Shown here in pieces: positions 57,597 to 64,000 of a stretch of 64,000 nucleotides of DNA. Within the stretch, counting starts at the first letter, position 1. Each line of letters starts with the position of its first letter. The stretch covers positions 79,747 to 143,746 of the forward strand of contig CAVUGN010000001.1 in NCBI GenBank assembly GCA_963741095.1, written 5' to 3'. The position numbers and the translations under genes were made by a program. Below the pieces are notes generated by a model. The model saw nothing but the letters and a program-made list of their open reading frames with translations, did no database searches and was not told the DNA's origin. The stretch comes from an uncultured Candidatus Micrarchaeota archaeon (GTDB taxonomy: Archaea > Micrarchaeota > Micrarchaeia > Micrarchaeales > Micrarchaeaceae).

Positions 57597-59660
57597 ATGC
57601 CGGATGCTTTGGTCGAAGCGATAAAGTCGAAATTCGACACGTTCTTCGATCTCCATTACACGGACGCCATTGGCGAGCTGATAGTGTCTTTCCCAGACAA
57701 GAGAAGCCTGATGGTCGACATAAAGAAGCTCAGCATGTTCGACCCGGAACTCGCGAGCGAATTGGTTGAGCATCCCGATGGCATATTGGAGGCAGCTAAC
57801 GAGTCGCTGAAGGCGAAGATGAGCGACGTCAATTTCAAGGACAAGGAGCCGCACGTTAGGTTCTTCGGCCAGACGGTCAACCAGCCGATGGTTCAGGATG
57901 TCGGCTCCAACTTCATAAGCAAGCTCATAAGCCTCGATGCACTGATCGTCAAGAGGTCGGAGATAAATCCCAAGGTAAAGATCGGCTCCTACAAATGCAC
58001 CTACTGCGGCGCGGCCTTCAGGCTGAGGGCCGACAAGGAGGAGGTACCTGAGGTTTGCCCGCAGTGCAAGAGACGGTCTCTGAAACAGGATGAAAAAGAA
58101 TCGCAGTTCACCAATCTTCAGAAGATAGCCGTGCAGGACCCTCTGGAAAAACTGAAGGGCAGCACGCCGACATGGCAATTAGAGGTCTGGATTGAGGACG
58201 ACCTAGTCAACACGATAATACCGGGAGACAGGATAGAGCTCAGCGGCATACTGAGGATAAGGCCGCGAAGGAATTCGAGGGGCAAGAGCGACGACAATCT
58301 CTACACCATGTTTCTTGACACCGTTTCGATCGTTCCCAAGCAGAAGGAGTTCACGGACATACCGATAACCGAGGAGGAGGAGAGGGAGATAATAGAGCTG
58401 TCAAAGGACCCGCAGATATTCGAGAAGATAACAAAGTCGATGGTGCCCTCGATATTCGGCTACGATGAGATAAAGCAGGCCATCACCCTTCAGCTTTTCG
58501 GCGGAACTCCGGGAAAGAGATTGGTGGACGGCGGAGCGATAAGAAGCGATACGCACATACTGCTCATAGGAGATCCGGGTAGCGCAAAGACCAGGATATT
58601 GCAAGCGGTAACGAAGCTGGTGCCGAAGGGCATATACGTGAGCGGAAAATCCGTCACTGGAGGCGGTCTTACCGCGGTCGCAGAGCGTGACGAGTTCGCC
58701 GAGGGGGGTTGGACCCTGAAGGCAGGCGCCCTCGTCCTTGGCAGCGGCGGAGTCGTCGCCATAGACGAATTCGACAAGATTGAGAAGGAGGACATAGCCG
58801 CACTGCACGAGGCAATGGAATCGCAGACGATAAGCGTCGCAAAGGCGGGCATAATAGCGACGTTCAACGCGAGAGCAGCGGTCCTTGCCGCTGCTAACCC
58901 GAAGTTCGGAAGATTCGATCCCAACGTTTATCCTTCAGAACAGTTCGACATACCTGCCACGCTTCTTTCGAGATTCGACCTGATATTCCCGATAAAGGAC
59001 ATTGGCGACGAAGGGCTGGACAAGAGCATAGCAAAGCACATAATGACCCAGCACTCCGCGGCAGGCGCGCAGATAGCGGAGATGACCGATTACGAGCAGG
59101 TTGACAAGCCGCCGATACCGAGCGAGCAGCTCAGGAAGTACATCGCCTATGCTAAGACAAGGGTAAGCCCAAGACTGAGCGAGGATGCTTCAAAGAGGAT
59201 ACAGGAGTACTATGTCGAACTCAGGAAAGTGGGCAGGCAGGGTGGCACGGTCACGATCACCCCGCGGCAGATCGAAGGATTGATAAGGATGTCGGAGGCC
59301 AGCGCGAAGACGAGGCTGTCAACGTTGGTCGAGCTTTCTGATGCGGAGAGGGCGATAGGGCTGAGCGAGTACGTGCTCAAGACTCTTGCGGTGGACCGGG
59401 GCGGAAGGAGGGACATTGACACGATATTGACAGGCATGCCAAGGGAGAAAGTCGACCGCATGAACATAATAATGTCGATCATAAGAAGGCTTGAAGAGAC
59501 TGAGAACGTCGCAAAGATACAGCGGCTTGTTGAAGAGGCGATAAAGGAAGGGGTGGACGACGCAACGGTCAGCAAGTACCTCGGCGAGCTGGAGCGCAGC
59601 GGCGACATATTCAGGCCGCGGCCCGGAATAATCAAGATAGTCAAGCACGAAAGCGAGTGA
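57597..59660 (+). CDS. mcm: replicative helicase MCM
   Basis: CTYC..CPQC zinc finger, GDPGSAKT Walker A, IDEFDK Walker B, SRFD arginine finger; no intein. Confidence 0.97.
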   Translation: MPDALVEAIKSKFDTFFDLHYTDAIGELIVSFPDKRSLMVDIKKLSMFDPELASELVEHPDGILEAANESLKAKMSDVNFKDKEPHVRFFGQTVNQPMVQDVGSNFISKLISLDALIVKRSEINPKVKIGSYKCTYCGAAFRLRADKEEVPEVCPQCKRRSLKQDEKESQFTNLQKIAVQDPLEKLKGSTPTWQLEVWIEDDLVNTIIPGDRIELSGILRIRPRRNSRGKSDDNLYTMFLDTVSIVPKQKEFTDIPITEEEEREIIELSKDPQIFEKITKSMVPSIFGYDEIKQAITLQLFGGTPGKRLVDGGAIRSDTHILLIGDPGSAKTRILQAVTKLVPKGIYVSGKSVTGGGLTAVAERDEFAEGGWTLKAGALVLGSGGVVAIDEFDKIEKEDIAALHEAMESQTISVAKAGIIATFNARAAVLAAANPKFGRFDPNVYPSEQFDIPATLLSRFDLIFPIKDIGDEGLDKSIAKHIMTQHSAAGAQIAEMTDYEQVDKPPIPSEQLRKYIAYAKTRVSPRLSEDASKRIQEYYVELRKVGRQGGTVTITPRQIEGLIRMSEASAKTRLSTLVELSDAERAIGLSEYVLKTLAVDRGGRRDIDTILTGMPREKVDRMNIIMSIIRRLEETENVAKIQRLVEEAIKEGVDDATVSKYLGELERSGDIFRPRPGIIKIVKHESE

Positions 59661-59705
59661 CTCGCTCGGCGCATCGTCTGATTTTTACTTTGAAAAAAAT
59701 GAGTT

Positions 59706-59822
59706 TGGCGGGGGCGAGATTTGAACACGCGACCTCTAGATTTCTCTTCACAGCGTTTGCTCCGCACTCACAATGCTTTTGCATATGAGTCTAGCGCTCT
59801 AACCAGGCTGAGCTACTCCGCC
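59706..59822 (-). tRNA. tRNA with CAU anticodon (probably elongator Met) and a 42-nt intron at 37/38 (59742-59783)
   Basis: GGCGGAG..GCTCAGCCTGGTTAGAGC, CTAGA-CTCATA/intron/A-TCTAG, GTTCAAATC. Confidence 0.85.
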
Positions 59823-59837
59823 AACAAAGATGTTTTG

Positions 59838-60137
59838 TTAATGCTCTATTATAAATCCTTCATAATCCTTTGCGATGCTTGGGAACAGGGCATCGCCCTC
59901 GTGGTGCTTCTCTATCGACAGCACCGAAGGCCCGTTCCGCATGTCGACATTTATCTCTTTCTCGAAAGCCTTTAAATTTTCATCGTCGGCTTCCGCTATT
60001 ATCTCGACCGTGCCGTTGCCGGCGTTCTTCACCATGCCCTTCACGCCGCACCGTTTTGCCGCCCTCTTCACAAGGTACCTGTAGCCAACGCCCTGGACGA
60101 AACCGTGCACGACAAGAAACACTTTTGTGGATGCCAT
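59838..60137 (-). CDS. acyP: acylphosphatase
   Basis: VHGFVQGVGYR, GMVKN..GTVEI. Confidence 0.92.
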   Translation of the reverse strand: MASTKVFLVVHGFVQGVGYRYLVKRAAKRCGVKGMVKNAGNGTVEIIAEADDENLKAFEKEINVDMRNGPSVLSIEKHHEGDALFPSIAKDYEGFIIEH

Positions 60138-60174
60138 TGGATACCTTCGATATGTTGCATTATAAATATTTGAG

Positions 60175-61347
60175 TTGTTGTATTTAATTGGTGTTGCCGT
60201 GGGGGAATTCAAGAGCGTTACCGTCGAAAGGCACGCGGAAGGCAAGGCGGAAGCGCCAAGCCGGGCATCGCACGAATTCCATGAGATGCTGAATAGGGAA
60301 GTGTCCTTAGGAGAAAGCATAAAGCTCAGCCTGGATGTGTTGGGCCGCATGAAGATAGACCTTAATTTCAAGGAGAATCGGGACTCTGATCGCGTGGCGC
60401 CCGAATCGGTCAAGGTGAATGGCATTCGAGTTTTCGAAGGAGAAAGCAAACAGAGGCACAGCCTGAACCTGGATTCCGGTGCGCCCGTGCGGATAGAGTG
60501 GGTGGAGGGGGGACACGCCCAATTGATGACGATATCGGTGGACAAAGAGGTGGATATGTCCGTGGCAGAGGTGAAGGGATTCCGCAAGCTCGTTTCGGAC
60601 GAGGTGTACAACAATTACAAGCTATTTTCGGACAACGCATTGGTGTCTGTCGAAAAACTCCCGGGGATTATGGAAGCATACCAGAGGTATGGAACAGAAA
60701 AAACAGACATTCTTTTGAAGCATTTTCTGCCCCAGTGGCTAAAATATGAACAGACGCGGCGCAGCGCATACAACGAGTTTCTAGTCCCCGCCTTGCGGAT
60801 CGATGTGGACTGCTATGAGGGGTACAGGTTCCGCGGCTTTGGAAGCGAGAATGCCTCTTATCTGGGCGAGGAGGCCCAAAAAGATTCGGCGAATTTCATA
60901 AATGCATTTTTGGGCAAATTGGTTGAAGATGGAACTTACAAGGTGGGGCGCATGGGGCTGAAGGTGTCTTTGAATCCAGTCACGTCTTTGAATTTTGACG
61001 GCCTGGGCCTGGTTGTATTCAAGTCGGACATCGCAGGTGGGATGCTGGGAGACGTAAACCTTGGCGAGAACGTGATATTTCAGGATGTGAAGCCCAGCCA
61101 GATCGTGGCCATAATGACCTCTTTCGAAGCAAGGGAAAAAGCCGTCGAGATGTTTAAAGGCAAGGACCAGGAGATCAAAGAATTGTTTGGCAAGGACATA
61201 ACCTCGCTGCTGGTGCCGGCGTGGCATCTCGGTGAGGAGGAGGCGGTGCTGAAAGCCAGCGAGACCGATCCGAACAGGGCGCTCGACATGAAAATGTCGC
61301 TTTGCGCAGAAGAATTCAAGGCGTTGAACGGGTATCTGGGGTACTAA
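60175..61347 (+). CDS. hypothetical protein
   Basis: 390-aa ORF without a recognisable motif; start uncertain. Confidence 0.6.
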   Translation: MLYLIGVAVGEFKSVTVERHAEGKAEAPSRASHEFHEMLNREVSLGESIKLSLDVLGRMKIDLNFKENRDSDRVAPESVKVNGIRVFEGESKQRHSLNLDSGAPVRIEWVEGGHAQLMTISVDKEVDMSVAEVKGFRKLVSDEVYNNYKLFSDNALVSVEKLPGIMEAYQRYGTEKTDILLKHFLPQWLKYEQTRRSAYNEFLVPALRIDVDCYEGYRFRGFGSENASYLGEEAQKDSANFINAFLGKLVEDGTYKVGRMGLKVSLNPVTSLNFDGLGLVVFKSDIAGGMLGDVNLGENVIFQDVKPSQIVAIMTSFEAREKAVEMFKGKDQEIKELFGKDITSLLVPAWHLGEEEAVLKASETDPNRALDMKMSLCAEEFKALNGYLGY

Positions 61348-61389
61348 CGTAGACCGAGGTCATGTTGTTTATATCTATCTGGCTTAATT

Positions 61390-61728
61390 TTGTATGCTGA
61401 TTTGGTGAGGGTGAAGGACGACTTTAGGCTGAAGCTTCCCGATCAGGTTGGACGCTGCCTTGGCCTTGCATCAAAACGGTTGAGGTCATTTGGACGCGCC
61501 GACTTCGTGACAGAGGAACTCTTCGGACCGTCGACACACCTGCTGAACGGAAGGGGAAAGCTACTAAGGCCGGCGCTAGTCTTCCTTGGCGCGCACGCCA
61601 TCGGCGAGAGGTGTGTGGATTTCGTGGACCTTGCAGTTGCCATTGAGCTGCTCCACGCCTCTTCGCTGGTGCATGACGACCTCATAGATCAGGGAACGAC
61701 AAGAAGGGGAACAAAAACGGTGAACGTC
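61390..61728 (+). pseudogene. polyprenyl (GGPP) synthase, 5' fragment truncated at a junction
   Basis: GKLLRP, ELLHASSLVHDDLID (first Asp-rich motif), RRG; homology stops at TVN and there is no second DDxxD. Confidence 0.85.
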
Positions 61729-61845
61729 GCTGCCGCAAATGCCGCAGGCTTGCACGCGCACCAGGACGTCCTGTGGGCCGATCTCCGGCTCCGGCACATC
61801 GCGGAGCGCGAATCGGTTGTATTCTTCGAGCACAAGGGCTTTCAT
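61720..61845 (-). pseudogene. zinc-dependent alcohol/sugar dehydrogenase, 5' fragment (bacterial-like)
   Basis: MKALVL...VPEPEIGPQDVLVRVQACGICGSDVH, then homology ends at the junction. Confidence 0.85.
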
Positions 61846-62014
61846 GCAGTTCAGTGTTGTCGGCCAGCCGCCACGGTTTCGTTCCGTCAGTGGATGAGTG
61901 TTAAACTCCCGACCTGACTTGGGCAATGCGAATTGTGGCGCGCCCGGAGCGGTGAGGTGAATCGGGGGACGCGCCTGGACCTTTTCCGTTACCACTCCAC
62001 GGCCGCGGCGAGTT

Positions 62015-62944
62015 CTACCGATCCGTCTCGAACGCGGCCACCAGCGGACGATGGTCGGAGGCAATACCCCAGCCAGGCAGGCTGAGCACATAGGTTTGGT
62101 CCCGGAGCCAACGAGCCGCCACCGCAGGGCTCAGGAGGATGTAATCGATCCGGCTATAGCTGTCCTCTTTGGCATAGAAATGCGTCCACGTGACCACCCG
62201 GCCGTCCAAGCTGGACCCATGACTGGAGGGATGATCTGGAGAGCCCTCCGCGGGGCGGGTATCGACAAGTTTGGTTCTGCCGCGGCCGAGGAGCGCGCGC
62301 GTGGACGCGGCATCCTTCGTGTCGTTGAAATCCCCGAGCACGACAAGGTTGATGGCTGGATTGGCAGCCAAGCGGGCATCGATGATCTCGCGCAGTCGTT
62401 TAGCTTCCTCAAGGCGCATTTCCGCCTCGTTGACTTCCGCGGAGGGGCGCCTTGACTTAAGGTGCGCGGTGATCAGCGTGAACGAACAGTGGCTGTTAAC
62501 CTGGATTTCCACCTCGGCGAAACCGCGGCTGACGCGGTACCGACGCCCGCTCAGCAGGAAATCGTCGTTGGTGTGCGGGCGCCGGGCACTGAAGGCAAAC
62601 CGACTGAGGATCGCGACATGGATATTGGTGTCGAAGCCAGTGACGTGCTCGCTATAGGGGTAATCCAAGCCCGCGGCTCGGAGGGTTCCCTGAAGTTCGT
62701 GCAGGGCGCTGGGTGTGCCCATTTCCTGCAGGGCGAGCACGTCCGGCTTCATCGCCAGGATAGACTCTCGCACTTTTGCCCTGGATTCGGAGGATTTGGC
62801 CTGGCGGGTCTGCGTGGGAACGTCGAGGTAACTTTCGACATTGAAGGTAGCGACGCGGAAGGTTTCCGCCCTGGCCAACACCGCCCAGGAGAATAGCACC
62901 CAGCCCAGGCTCAAGGCAGCCCAGGCACGCCAAGGTAAACTCAT
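62015..62944 (-). CDS. secreted endonuclease/exonuclease/phosphatase family protein (bacterial-like)
   Basis: ATFNVE, PDVLALQE, HLKS, LGDFND, RIDYILLS, SDHRPL. Confidence 0.9.
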   Translation of the reverse strand: MSLPWRAWAALSLGWVLFSWAVLARAETFRVATFNVESYLDVPTQTRQAKSSESRAKVRESILAMKPDVLALQEMGTPSALHELQGTLRAAGLDYPYSEHVTGFDTNIHVAILSRFAFSARRPHTNDDFLLSGRRYRVSRGFAEVEIQVNSHCSFTLITAHLKSRRPSAEVNEAEMRLEEAKRLREIIDARLAANPAINLVVLGDFNDTKDAASTRALLGRGRTKLVDTRPAEGSPDHPSSHGSSLDGRVVTWTHFYAKEDSYSRIDYILLSPAVAARWLRDQTYVLSLPGWGIASDHRPLVAAFETDR

Positions 62945-63155
62945 GCCGTGGAAATACACTGCCGGGGCAAGTGTGTCAAAGGCCGTTGCACTTCGCGGCC
63001 GGATTGGGCGGTCGACCAAATGCTTGAACTTACTGACCAGACTGTGGGATTGAATACACTGGGAGCGCGGGCGGCCTCGCCGGCGGGGCCGCCGGCGCTC
63101 CCGGTGCAGGGCATCCCGCGGACTTGGCAGTATCTGACCTGGCCAGTGCCTAATT

Positions 63156-64000
63156 TCAGGGTCCGATTTGCAGGACGCGGTAGAAGCGGCGCGGAGCCGC
63201 GGCAGTCAGGGGCGGCGCGTTGGACAGATTGCCGGTGTCCCTCCAGCTTGCAAAATTATCGTTGGAAATGAAATTCGTGACGGTCTGCCAGGTTGCGTAT
63301 TCAAGGTCGGATGCGGTCTGCACTTCATAGGTTTTGCCCGGCGTGGCTGACCATTGTAGAACGACAGCCTGGCGCGAGGCGGGGATTTCCAAGGCGGTGA
63401 TCTGGGGGGCGTTCTGAGGAACGATTGTAAGCAGACCGAACGCGGCGTTGCGGTCCTGGCCATGAGCGGGATCATAATAGTCGTTGAGAAAGGCCAAGCC
63501 GATAGTGTGGGTGCCGGCGGTGATTTTGAGTGTAACCTGGTAATGCGTGAGGTTGGTGCTGGTCTCGAAAAAAGTTGGCTCGGTTAACGCCGTCCACCAC
63601 GACGGCTACCTGTGGAAAAACGCCCAAGGCGGCGTCGCCGCCGGCGACCACATCAAGAGTATAATAACCCGAGGTGGTGAAAAGCGCGGGTGTTTGGAGG
63701 CGCCCGTCGCTTCCGACCCAAGCGACGCTGCCGTTAATATGATAAGCCGCAACGTTCACATTCGTCATGGCCGTGGCGTTCAATGGCGTAGGTCATGGGC
63801 AACGTCATGACCGCGCCCAGAGCGGTCAACAGCGTACTCGCGTAGCGTTGGGCTTTAGTGAAGTTTTGAGCTTCGGTTTCCCAAAGGACCTCATCGAGGA
63901 TCACCAAACCATTGCCCAGGCGGAATTGGGCGACGACCGGGGGCTGCGTGAGCAGGGTGGCGGGGCTGTTATCGGACTCGCGGCCCCATTGGATCTGGTC
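63156..64000 (-). CDS. 3' part of a large secreted bacterial protein with a carbohydrate-binding-module-like domain; two frameshifts; starts beyond the window
   Basis: Joined frames give GTHTIGLAFLNDYYD...DRN and C-terminal LQW...PGKTYEVQ...DL..W...RFYRV; shifts near 63570 and 63780. Confidence 0.6.

Noticed and set aside
57597-59660. Intein in MCM
   Set aside because: Length and motif spacing are normal
60138-60614. Long N-terminal extension on acyP
   Set aside because: Antisense to the 60175 ORF; acylphosphatase homology starts at 60137
61390-61917. Novel 175-aa prenyltransferase fusion protein
   Set aside because: The C-terminal part is read-through into the antisense strand of the dehydrogenase fragment across the junction

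Overview
Positions 1 to ~61,720 read as chromosome from a small-genome archaeon, most likely DPANN/Micrarchaeota. That assignment is inferred from the archaeal ribosomal proteins, PriS, MCM and fibrillarin, a divergent stand-alone 16S rRNA, and intron-containing tRNAs. Core genes include a split spc-type ribosomal protein cluster, rps13-rps4-rps11, and glycolysis and amino-acid genes (eno, gpmA, ilvE, argF, metG-metA-metY). The 16S rRNA is interrupted by a 507-nt bulge-helix-bulge (BHB) intron at about E. coli position 1101 that encodes a degenerate LAGLIDADG-like protein. Three tRNAs are present: Ser(GGA) with two introns, Lys(UUU), and Met(CAU) with one intron. Accessory content includes a vapBC pair, an AT-richer lipid cassette (kinase-like gene, carS, CDP-alcohol transferase) beside tRNA-Lys, lipoate genes, a two-component locus whose wHTH-REC-degenerate-GGDEF regulator directly precedes a pilin-like gene, and two large surface proteins, one of 2,966 aa with 18 Cys-paired repeats. 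At ~61,720 a polyprenyl synthase is cut off and joined to GC-richer, frameshifted, bacterial-looking (Verrucomicrobia-like) sequence, most likely an assembly chimera. All calls come from reading motifs by eye; no searches were run.
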